Origin: an uncultured Gammaproteobacteria bacterium
Lineage (GTDB): Bacteria; Patescibacteriota; Microgenomatia; UBA1406; GWC2-37-13
NCBI GenBank assembly: GCA_964408415.1
Contig: CAYOZH010000001.1
Location: 47,256-111,255, forward strand
Reading direction: 5' to 3'
Length of the DNA stretch: 64,000 nt
The translations under genes were made by a program, and so were the position numbers. This document shows positions 23,057 through 31,311 of this stretch, piece by piece (within the stretch, counting starts at the first letter, position 1; each line of letters opens with the position of its first letter). Under the pieces are notes generated by a model, which was not told the origin of the DNA, made no database searches, and saw nothing but the letters and a program-made list of their open reading frames with translations.

Positions 23057-24313
23057 ATGGCTATTTTAAGCTATTATATTAAAACATTCGGTTGTCAACA
23101 AAATAAAGCTGATTCTGAAAGAATTGCTGCTGCTTTTGAAGCAAAAGGAATGAAACCAGCAAAAGGATATCACGATGCTAATTATATTGTCATAAACACT
23201 TGTATGGTCAGACAATCAGCTGAAGATAGAGTATATGGATTAGTAAGAAATTTAGCAAAATTAAAAATCAATCCGCCAGCTGGCGGACAAAAATTAAAAA
23301 TCATTATTACAGGTTGTATGGTTGGTGTTGCTCATCGAGATAAAACAGGAAAATTACTTGCAAAACTAAAAGAAAGAATGCCTGAAGTTGATGAATTTTT
23401 ACCAATTGAAGAAGTTGGATTTGATAATGAACCAATTAGAACCAACAAAACTCACGCATGGATACCAATATCAAATGGTTGTAATAATTTTTGTACTTTT
23501 TGTGTTGTTCCTTTTACTCGAGGACGAGAAATTAGTCGACCATTTGAAGATATAATCGCTGAAGCAAAAAAATTAAAAGAACAAGGATATAAAGAAATTA
23601 CTCTTCTTGGACAAAATGTTAATTCATATGGCGCGGATTTAATTTTAGGTAAAGAAAATATTCAAGTAATGAGAGACCTTCCAAAAACATACTTTGAAAA
23701 TTCAAAATTCAAAATTCAAAATTCAAAATTACAATTAAAAACTAAAGAATTAAAATTCAATGAAAATTTAAAATTGAAAATTGAAAATTATAAACCAATA
23801 TATGTCAAACATTTAGGTCGATATCGAATACCAACTTTGTTTCCTTATTTACTTGAAGAAGTGGCAAAACTTGATTTTGAAAAAGTTGATTTTATTTCAT
23901 CAAATCCATGGGATTTTTCTGATGAACTAATTGAGGTAATTGCCAAATATCCAAATATTACCAGGACTATTCATTTACCTGTTCAATCTGGAGACGATAA
24001 TGTTTTAAAAAGAATGAATCGATGGTACAGTGCGAGCAATTATATCAGTCTAATATCAAAAATCAAAAATAAAATACCAAACGTTAAATTCACTACTGAT
24101 ATAATTGTCGGTTTTTGTGGAGAAACTGACGAAGAGTTTGAAAACACAGTTAAACTTTGCAAAAAAGTTGGTTTTGAAAGAGCTTATATCGCAATGTATT
24201 CTCCCCGACCAATGACCGCTGCAACAAAAGTGATGAAAGACGATGTACCTTATGAGGTAAAAAAGAAACGATGGACAATACTAGAAAATTTAATAAATAA
24301 AAAAGAAAATTAG
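23057..24313 (+). CDS. miaB: radical-SAM methylthiotransferase MiaB-like (no TRAM domain, two repeat-derived inserts)
   Basis: UPF0004 domain (IKTFGCQQN, INTCMVR, TGCM) and radical SAM motif CNNFCTFCVVP. Ends shortly after the radical-SAM/C-terminal core. Confidence 0.85.
   Translation: MAILSYYIKTFGCQQNKADSERIAAAFEAKGMKPAKGYHDANYIVINTCMVRQSAEDRVYGLVRNLAKLKINPPAGGQKLKIIITGCMVGVAHRDKTGKLLAKLKERMPEVDEFLPIEEVGFDNEPIRTNKTHAWIPISNGCNNFCTFCVVPFTRGREISRPFEDIIAEAKKLKEQGYKEITLLGQNVNSYGADLILGKENIQVMRDLPKTYFENSKFKIQNSKLQLKTKELKFNENLKLKIENYKPIYVKHLGRYRIPTLFPYLLEEVAKLDFEKVDFISSNPWDFSDELIEVIAKYPNITRTIHLPVQSGDDNVLKRMNRWYSASNYISLISKIKNKIPNVKFTTDIIVGFCGETDEEFENTVKLCKKVGFERAYIAMYSPRPMTAATKVMKDDVPYEVKKKRWTILENLINKKEN
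23272..23287. repeat. palindrome family A copy inside miaB (TCCGCCAGCTGGCGGA)
   Basis: Perfect 16-nt palindrome translated in frame as PPAGG. Flanks are AAATTAAAAATCAA / CAAAAATTAAAAATC. Confidence 0.85.
23694..23793 (+). repeat. 7-nt tandem repeat array (GAAAATT/CAAAATT ...) inside miaB
   Basis: TGAAAATTCAAAATTCAAAATTCAAAATTCAAAATTACAATT...AAAATTGAAAATTGAAAATTATAAA, read in frame as ENSKFKIQNSKLQLKTKELKFNENLKLKIENYK. Confidence 0.8.
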
Positions 24314-25017
24314 TAATATTTTTTTACTTTATCAAACCAATTACAAAAATTACAATCAGGAGATGATTCAGGAATTGGTCCTTGAAGGATTTTAACTGCT
24401 TTTTCAATTCTTTTTCTAATGTCTTTTACTTTTCTTTCAATTTTTACAATATGAACGATCATCGGAAAACCATTTGATAATTCTAATGTCATTTCAGGAA
24501 AAAAATAAATTAAATAACCAAAATTAGCTACTTTTAAATGATTTTCTTCAAGCAAAAATAAATACTCATCAATTTGATTTTGATAGGCAGATAAAGTCTC
24601 TTTTTCTCTTGGATCAGATGAAGCAGTTTTAAAATCAACTGGTATATGCTCGCCATTTTCATTAATAAAACATTCATCAAGTTTTCCATAAAAACCAAAA
24701 TCATCATTAAATTTATAGAAATATGCTTCTTTAAAAGGTTTTTTTAAACTTGCCTTAATTTTTCCTTGAATTAAAGGTGGTAGTTGATTTTTTTCTCTGT
24801 AGCTATCAAAGTATTTTTTCAAAATAACATCAAATCTATTGGCTAATTTTGATTGAATTCCTTCTGGTTGTTTTATTCCTTCTTTGTGAGACAACCAAAA
24901 ACAACGCGGGCATCGATTTAGTTCCTCAATAGCCGAATGAGAAAGCCATTTAACTTTTTTCTTTTCTGGTTTTTTTTCAAAATTATTACTTGAAAATAAA
25001 TATTGTTGTGAAGACAT
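24310..25017 (-). CDS. PD-(D/E)XK nuclease family protein (Cas4/RecB-like, CxxC...CxxC)
   Basis: 235 aa with N-terminal CPRC, GKLDE...PVDFKT (D...D/ExK) and C-terminal CNFC. Confidence 0.6.
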   Translation of the reverse strand: MSSQQYLFSSNNFEKKPEKKKVKWLSHSAIEELNRCPRCFWLSHKEGIKQPEGIQSKLANRFDVILKKYFDSYREKNQLPPLIQGKIKASLKKPFKEAYFYKFNDDFGFYGKLDECFINENGEHIPVDFKTASSDPREKETLSAYQNQIDEYLFLLEENHLKVANFGYLIYFFPEMTLELSNGFPMIVHIVKIERKVKDIRKRIEKAVKILQGPIPESSPDCNFCNWFDKVKKYY

Positions 25018-25050
25018 AAAAAAATTATAGCAAAAAAAGTCTTAATTGGT

Positions 25051-25056
25051 TATAAT
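25051..25056 (+). promoter_or_regulatory. -10 box (TATAAT) 7 nt upstream of the rfbB ATG
   Basis: TATAAT-AATTGCT-ATG with no SD. Confidence 0.4.
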
Positions 25057-25063
25057 AATTGCT

Positions 25064-26080
25064 ATGAATATTTTAGTTACTGGTGGAGCAGGTTTTATTG
25101 GTTCAAACTTTATTTTATATTGGTTAAAAAAATATCCTGAAGACAAAATTGTTAATTTAGATAAACTTACCTACGCTGGTAATCTAGAAAATCTAAAATC
25201 AGTAGAAAACAATAAAAACTATCAATTTGTAAAAGGAGATATTATTGATTTTAAGCTTGTTGACAAAATAATTAAAGATTATCAGATTGAAACAATTGTT
25301 CATTTTGCCGCTGAAAGTCATGTTGATAGATCAATTCTTGATCCTGCTCCATTTATAAAAACTAATGTTGAAGGAACCTATGTTTTACTTGAAGCGGCTT
25401 TAAAAAATAAACTAAAAAGATTTCATCATATCTCAACTGATGAAGTTTTTGGCGCTCTACCTCTTGGAACAAAAGAAAAATTCAATGAAAAAACTCCTTA
25501 TAATCCACGAAGCCCTTACTCTGCTTCAAAAGCTGCTTCTGATCATCTAGTTCGCGCTTACTACATCACTTATGGATTACCAATTACTTTATCTAACTGC
25601 TCAAATAATTATGGTCCTTATCATTTTCCAGAGAAACTTATTCCATTAGCGATTACTAACATTATTGAAGGAAAAAAAGTACCAGTTTATGGCGATGGTC
25701 TTTATGTTCGTGATTGGCTTTATGTTGAAGATCATTGCCGAGCGATTGATTTGATTTTACATAAAGGAAAAATTGGTGAAACTTATTTTATTGGTGGCTT
25801 AACTGAAGATGTTTCAAATTTTGAAATCATAAAAAAAATTTTAAAAATTATGGGTAAAGATGAAAGCTATATTGAGTTTGTTAAAGATAGACCAGGTCAT
25901 GATCGCCGCTATGCCATTGATTGGACAAAAATAAACAAAGAATTAGGTTGGAAACCTGAAGTTGATCTTGATACCGGGCTTAAACTAACTATTGATTGGT
26001 ATTTGAAAAATAAAGACTGGTGGAAAAAAATCAAAACCGGAGAATATCTTAATTATTACAAAAAACAGTATCAAAAATAA
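25064..26080 (+). CDS. rfbB: dTDP-glucose 4,6-dehydratase
   Basis: MNILVTGGAGFIGSNF, STDEVFG, YSASKAASD and RPGHDRRYAID. The ATG at 25064 is preferred over the track's TTG. Confidence 0.9.
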   Translation: MNILVTGGAGFIGSNFILYWLKKYPEDKIVNLDKLTYAGNLENLKSVENNKNYQFVKGDIIDFKLVDKIIKDYQIETIVHFAAESHVDRSILDPAPFIKTNVEGTYVLLEAALKNKLKRFHHISTDEVFGALPLGTKEKFNEKTPYNPRSPYSASKAASDHLVRAYYITYGLPITLSNCSNNYGPYHFPEKLIPLAITNIIEGKKVPVYGDGLYVRDWLYVEDHCRAIDLILHKGKIGETYFIGGLTEDVSNFEIIKKILKIMGKDESYIEFVKDRPGHDRRYAIDWTKINKELGWKPEVDLDTGLKLTIDWYLKNKDWWKKIKTGEYLNYYKKQYQK

Positions 26081-26096
26081 TTATTTTTATATTTTT

Positions 26097-26936
26097 ATGT
26101 TAAAAATCGCAATTACTGGTGGAGATGGGTTGGTTGGTTCAAGAATTATTGAGCTTCTTAATAATGACTTCGAATTTATTGCTCTTCCAAGTTCTCAAAT
26201 GGATATTACTAATAAAGACCAAGTTTTTTCAGTTTTAAGAGATCTAAAATTTGATGTTTTTCTACATTTAGCTGCTTACACTAATGTTGCTAAATCCAAT
26301 GAAGAAAAAAATTTAGCCTACAAAATCAATGTTGAAGGAACAAAAAATATCTTTGATGTTGTTTCATCGCAAAAGAAAAAATTTATCTATATTTCAACAG
26401 ATTTTGTTTTTGATGGAAAAAATCCACCATATTTTGAAGACTCTTCTCCCTCTCCAGTTGGAGTTTATGGTCAAACAAAATATCAAGGAGAAGAAATTAT
26501 AAAAAATCAAGTAATGATTGTTAGAATCTCCTATCCTTATCGCGCTTCATTTGAAAAAAAACGTGATTTTTTTAGGACTTTTAAAACTTTTCTTGAAGAA
26601 AAAAAACCTTTAAAAATGATTACTAATTCTTTAATGACGCCAACTTTTATTGATGATATTGCTTATGGTTTAAAATATTTAATTAATAATTTCTCTAATG
26701 ATATCTTTCACTTAGTTGGATCAAAATCTTTATCACCATATGAAGCTGCTTTAACTATTGCTCGTTTATTTAAATTAGATGAAAGATTAATTTCCACCAC
26801 TACCTACGAAGAATATATTAAACTCAAACCAGGATTGCCTCAATATTCTGATATTAGATCAAAAAAAAATAATTTTTATCAAATGAACGATTTTGAAACC
26901 GGATTAAAAATCATCAAAAAACAATTGCAAATTTAA
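26097..26936 (+). CDS. rfbD: dTDP-4-dehydrorhamnose reductase
   Basis: 279 aa with ITGGDGLVGSR, ISTDFVFDG and YGQTKYQGE (RmlD pattern). Confidence 0.8.
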   Translation: MLKIAITGGDGLVGSRIIELLNNDFEFIALPSSQMDITNKDQVFSVLRDLKFDVFLHLAAYTNVAKSNEEKNLAYKINVEGTKNIFDVVSSQKKKFIYISTDFVFDGKNPPYFEDSSPSPVGVYGQTKYQGEEIIKNQVMIVRISYPYRASFEKKRDFFRTFKTFLEEKKPLKMITNSLMTPTFIDDIAYGLKYLINNFSNDIFHLVGSKSLSPYEAALTIARLFKLDERLISTTTYEEYIKLKPGLPQYSDIRSKKNNFYQMNDFETGLKIIKKQLQI

Positions 26937-26961
26937 AATTATAAATTTAAAATAAACTTTT

Positions 26962-28248
26962 ATGACAATTACAATTATTGGTCATGGATATGTTGGTTTA
27001 GTCACTGCTTGTGTTTTTGCTGATTTTGGTAATACTGTTTATGTTATAGGCCACACTAAAGAAAAAATTGAAAGATTAAAAAAAGGCGACCCAATTATTT
27101 ATGAGCCAGGATTAAAAGAAATCTTAGAAAGAAATATCAAAGCAAAAAGAATATTTTTTAGTTTAGATTATGACTCAATTAAATTGTCTGAAATAGTTTT
27201 TATTACTGTTGGTACTCCGCCTAAAGAAAATGGTGAAGCTGATCTAACAGCTGTTTTTGAAGTTGCCAGAAACATTGCTAAAAATTTAGGAAATCACTTT
27301 ACTGTTGTTTCTTGTAAAAGCACTGTCCCTGTTGGGACTAATAAAAAAGTAGAAACAATCTTAAAAAAACACTCTCCAAAAAACTCTCAATTTGCCGTTG
27401 CTTCATGCCCTGAGTTTTTAAGAGAAGGAAGCGCTATTGCTGACACTATCTATGCTGATAGAGTTGTTATTGGCTCTGAATCAAAAAAAGCAATTGATAT
27501 GCTTCTAAAGCTTCATGAACCAATTGAAGGAAAAAAAGTTGTTACTGATTTAGCCTCAGCTGAATTAATAAAATATACCTCAAACGCGATGTTGGCAACA
27601 AAAATCTCTTTTGCCAATCTTATTTCTTTTTATTGTGAAAAAACTGGCGCTGATGTTGAAGCAGTTTTAGATGCAGTAGGTCTTGATAAAAGAATTGGTC
27701 GAGTTTTTATGCATCCAGGAGTTGGTTATGGCGGATCTTGTTTTCCAAAAGATGTTATGGCAATGATTGATATTGGAAAAAAACTCAATATTGATCCTCT
27801 TCTTCTTGAAGCAGTAGAAAAAATTAATCTTCAAGCAAAAGAAAATTTTTTACAAAAAGTTTTAAAATTCAATCAAGGTAAAAAAATTGCTCTTTGGGGA
27901 CTAGCTTTTAAACCAAATACTGATGATATTAGATTTGCACCTTCAATTTTTTTAATAGAAAATCTCTTAAAACAAGGTTTTGAAATCACTGCCTATGATC
28001 CAGAGGCGAAAAAAAATATTGAAAAAATCTTTGGTAATAAGATCAAATATGCTAAAGATCCTTACGAAGCTGTCAAAAATGCTGATCAACTTTTGGTTAT
28101 TACTGAATGGAATGAGTTTAAACAAATTGATCTTCAAAAAGTAAAAAAATTATTAAAAACACCAGTGATTTTTGATGGTAGAAATATTTATGATCCTCGT
28201 CTTATGAAAAAATTAGGTTTTAAGTATTATTCTGTTGGAAGAATATGA
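26962..28248 (+). CDS. ugd: UDP-glucose 6-dehydrogenase
   Basis: 428 aa with IGHGYVGL, the catalytic GGSCFPKD and LAFKPNTDD. Confidence 0.9.
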   Translation: MTITIIGHGYVGLVTACVFADFGNTVYVIGHTKEKIERLKKGDPIIYEPGLKEILERNIKAKRIFFSLDYDSIKLSEIVFITVGTPPKENGEADLTAVFEVARNIAKNLGNHFTVVSCKSTVPVGTNKKVETILKKHSPKNSQFAVASCPEFLREGSAIADTIYADRVVIGSESKKAIDMLLKLHEPIEGKKVVTDLASAELIKYTSNAMLATKISFANLISFYCEKTGADVEAVLDAVGLDKRIGRVFMHPGVGYGGSCFPKDVMAMIDIGKKLNIDPLLLEAVEKINLQAKENFLQKVLKFNQGKKIALWGLAFKPNTDDIRFAPSIFLIENLLKQGFEITAYDPEAKKNIEKIFGNKIKYAKDPYEAVKNADQLLVITEWNEFKQIDLQKVKKLLKTPVIFDGRNIYDPRLMKKLGFKYYSVGRI

Positions 28249-29216
28249 ATGTTTTAATTACCGGTGGTGCAGGTTTTATTGGTTCTCATTTAACAAAACT
28301 TCATCTTAAAAAAGGTGATTATGTGATTGTAATTGATAATTTATCAACAGGCTCAATAGAAAATATTAAAGAATTATTAAATAATAAAAATTTTAAATTT
28401 ATACATAATGATATATTAACTTTTGATTTTAATTCGCCAGCTGGCGAATTAACTTTTAATTTGAATTTAGTCTATCACCTCGCCTCTCCTGCTTCTCCAA
28501 ATCATCATAGTTTAATTAGTTATCATCATCTTGCAAAAGAAACTATGCTTGTTAATACTTTAGGCACTTTAAAACTTTTAGAATTAGCAAAAAAACACAA
28601 AGCAAAATTTTTATTCGCTTCAACCTCAGAAATCTACGGTAATCCTCTTGTTCATCCTCAAAAAGAAACTTATTTTGGTAATGTTAATCCTATTGGACCA
28701 CGAGCAATTTATGATGAAGCAAAAAGATTTGGAGAAACCTTAACTTCTTATTTTTGGAATAAAGAAAAAGTTGATGCAAGAATTGTCCGAATTTTTAATA
28801 CTTACGGACCAAATATGAGAGTTGATGATAAAAGAATGATTATTAATTTTATCTGTCAAGCTTTAAAAAATGAACCAATAACAATTTATGGTGATGGCAA
28901 GCAAACAAGATCATTATGTTTTATCGATGATTTAATTGATGGTTTATTTAAATTGATGATAAATAAAAATACTAAAGGTGAGGTTGTTAATCTTGGTAAT
29001 CCAGAAGAACATACAATATTAGAATATGCTCAAATAATAAAAAAATTAACTAACTCAAAAAGCGAAATTATTTTTAAAGAACCTCTGCCTACTGACGATC
29101 CAGAAAAGAGATGTCCTGATATTTCAAAAGCAAAAAAACTTCTTTCTTGGCAACCAAAAGTTTCTTTAATTGAAGGCTTAAAAAAAACTATTAATTATTT
29201 TAAAAATATCTTATGA
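28245..29216 (+). CDS. UDP-glucuronate decarboxylase-like SDR (UXS type) with in-frame palindrome insert
   Basis: VLITGGAGFIGSH, HLASPASP, STSEIYG, YDEAKR and RIFNTYGP. ATGA overlap with ugd. Confidence 0.8.
   Translation: MNVLITGGAGFIGSHLTKLHLKKGDYVIVIDNLSTGSIENIKELLNNKNFKFIHNDILTFDFNSPAGELTFNLNLVYHLASPASPNHHSLISYHHLAKETMLVNTLGTLKLLELAKKHKAKFLFASTSEIYGNPLVHPQKETYFGNVNPIGPRAIYDEAKRFGETLTSYFWNKEKVDARIVRIFNTYGPNMRVDDKRMIINFICQALKNEPITIYGDGKQTRSLCFIDDLIDGLFKLMINKNTKGEVVNLGNPEEHTILEYAQIIKKLTNSKSEIIFKEPLPTDDPEKRCPDISKAKKLLSWQPKVSLIEGLKKTINYFKNIL
28415..28468. repeat. palindrome family A copy inside the UXS-like gene (AATTCGCCAGCTGGCGAATT at 28431-28450)
   Basis: TTAACTTTTGATTTT-palindrome-AACTTTTAATTTGAATTT, with direct TTAACTTTT(G/A)ATTT repeats on both sides. 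Read in frame as LTFDFNSPAGELTFNLN. Confidence 0.85.
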
Positions 29217-30316
29217 AAAAAGCGCTAATTATTTTACCAACTCATAATGAGGCAGGAAATATAAAAACTCTTATTGAAAAAATTTTTTATCAACAAGAAA
29301 AATTAGATAAATGGAGTTTGGAAATACTTGTCAATGATAGTCAATCAACTGATGAAACTGCCAAAATTGTTAAACAATTACAAAAAAAATATCAAAAACT
29401 TTATCTTATTGAAACAAAAAAACAAGGTTTAGGAAAAGCTTATTATGAAGGATTTTTATTTGCTAAAGAAAATATTAAACCATATGTTGTTTTTGAAATG
29501 GATGCTGATTTATCTCATAATCCAGAAAATATTCCTCAAATGTTAAAAGAGATTGAAAGTGGTGCTGACTTAGTGATTGGCGCTCGTTATATTAAAGGCG
29601 GATCAATTCCTAAAAACTGGGGATTGCATAGAAAAATATTTTCTTTTTTTGGCAATTTAATAATAAGAATAGGATTTATGAATTTAAAAATTCATGACTG
29701 GACCTCAGGTTATCGAGTAATAAAACTTTGGATTTTGAATAACTCTCTTGAACATATTAAAAACTATTCTGGATATGTCTTTCAAATTGCCTTACTTGAT
29801 TTTGCTATTAAATCAAAAGCTAATATTAAAGAAATACCAATAAATTTTGTTGATAGAAAATATGGTCGGTCAAAAATATTTTTTTTACAATATATTTTTT
29901 CAATCTTTCTTTATATATTAAAATTTTCATCATTTGTAAAATTTGTTATTGTTGGTGTAATTGGTTTTATTGTTGATTTTGGACTAATGTATTTGTTTAT
30001 TAATAAAATAAAAATTCCCTCTTCAAAAACTTGGCTTGCTCAAACAATCGCTGCTGAAGCAGCAATAATTAATAATTTTTTACTTAATAATTTTTGGAGT
30101 TTTCAACATAAAAAATTAGAAAATAATTTATTTTTTGGATTTTTAAAATTTAATTTTGTTTCTCTTGGTTCAATTTTAATTCAAACATTTGGATTACAAA
30201 TTGCTGTTAATATTTTTGGTCAACAATACTGGGCAATCTCAAAAATCTTCATTATTATTTTAATAATAATTCCTTATTCTTATATTTTGTATAATAAATT
30301 TATCTGGAAGAAATAA
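29213..30316 (+). CDS. polyprenyl-phosphate glycosyltransferase (GT2, Dpm1/ArnC-like) fused to a GtrA-like membrane domain
   Basis: N-terminal GT2 (ILPTHNEAGNI, MDADLSH, RYIKGG). The C-terminal ~130 aa has 4 TM helices with the GtrA pattern (VGVIGFIVDF...NNFLLNNFWSF). Confidence 0.75.
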   Translation: MKKALIILPTHNEAGNIKTLIEKIFYQQEKLDKWSLEILVNDSQSTDETAKIVKQLQKKYQKLYLIETKKQGLGKAYYEGFLFAKENIKPYVVFEMDADLSHNPENIPQMLKEIESGADLVIGARYIKGGSIPKNWGLHRKIFSFFGNLIIRIGFMNLKIHDWTSGYRVIKLWILNNSLEHIKNYSGYVFQIALLDFAIKSKANIKEIPINFVDRKYGRSKIFFLQYIFSIFLYILKFSSFVKFVIVGVIGFIVDFGLMYLFINKIKIPSSKTWLAQTIAAEAAIINNFLLNNFWSFQHKKLENNLFFGFLKFNFVSLGSILIQTFGLQIAVNIFGQQYWAISKIFIIILIIIPYSYILYNKFIWKK

Positions 30317-30325
30317 TTAAAAACT

Positions 30326-31207
30326 TTACTCTTTACTCGCATATTCTTTCGATATCCAACCCTCAGTAAACTCTCCTGATACCAAAGCATCACGATTATT
30401 ATTAAATTTTATTTTATACCAACCATTTTTTTCATCAAGAAGTTCAAATTTTTCACCTGTTTTTACTTTTGCTTCCTCAGTAGCTTCAAGCGAAGCATCA
30501 GCTCTTACTCTTAACCATCCTTGAGGATTGTTATTAACAATGATATAAGTAGTTTTTTTATTATCAGGATTGGCGCTTTGAGTCGCTTGTTTTTCTAAAT
30601 CTGAAAGTTGTTTTTGACTTTGATCTAAACCAAGTTTAAAAAAGGCATTGACTCTGTATCCTGGATCAACATTAATTCTTTGAGTTCTTTTAAAAAATCC
30701 TGGCATAAACACTGATATCTCATGATCACCTCTTAAAACATCTTGAAGCAAAAGCGGCGCTACTCCTTTTTCATCATTGTCTAAAGTAACAATTGCTCCT
30801 TGAGGATCAGTCTCAACATAAATCTCTCCATATTCTGAATTTTTTGGTGGTGGTGAAATTTTTTGAGTGGTTAAAATTTCACCAGAGGTTAAAATATCAG
30901 AACTACCTAATTCAAAATTAATAAAAGTTTTTGCGTTTTTATAAACATTGATTTTTCCATTCCATGAGGCAGTTTCTGTTGCTCCACCTTCAGGAATAAG
31001 TTTTAATAAATATTCACCAACTTTATATTTTTCCTCAAAAGGAGTTTTTCCAACAACTAAATTATTAACAAAAACGCTGGTTGTTGGTGATGAGTTAATT
31101 TTCAAAACACCAGTCTCGTTAGTCTTATTAAGAATAAAAAATCTTAAAACTACAAAAACAATAAATCCAAAAACTAAAGCCAATAATAATATTAACTTAT
31201 TTTTCAT
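30326..31207 (-). CDS. PEGA-domain / SH3b-domain surface protein
   Basis: Signal anchor, two PEGA-like repeats (VGKTPFE...; IYVETDPQGAIVTLDNDEKGVAPL) and a C-terminal SH3b-like GWLRVRADAS...GWYKIKF. Confidence 0.6.
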   Translation of the reverse strand: MKNKLILLLALVFGFIVFVVLRFFILNKTNETGVLKINSSPTTSVFVNNLVVGKTPFEEKYKVGEYLLKLIPEGGATETASWNGKINVYKNAKTFINFELGSSDILTSGEILTTQKISPPPKNSEYGEIYVETDPQGAIVTLDNDEKGVAPLLLQDVLRGDHEISVFMPGFFKRTQRINVDPGYRVNAFFKLGLDQSQKQLSDLEKQATQSANPDNKKTTYIIVNNNPQGWLRVRADASLEATEEAKVKTGEKFELLDEKNGWYKIKFNNNRDALVSGEFTEGWISKEYASKE

Positions 31208-31311
31208 ATCAATTTTATTTTATTCTTTTTAAAAAAATATTTCAAGCAAATAGCCTGCACGGCAAGTAACTTGCACGACAAGATAAAAATATTTTTGATA
31301 TCATATAAACT

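Noticed and set aside
23694-23793. Possible CRISPR array, considered for this and other tandem-repeat spacers such as 9297-9340
   Set aside because: The repeat unit is 7 nt with no spacers. That is far below CRISPR repeat and spacer sizes, and no cas genes are present apart from generic Cas4-like nuclease folds.
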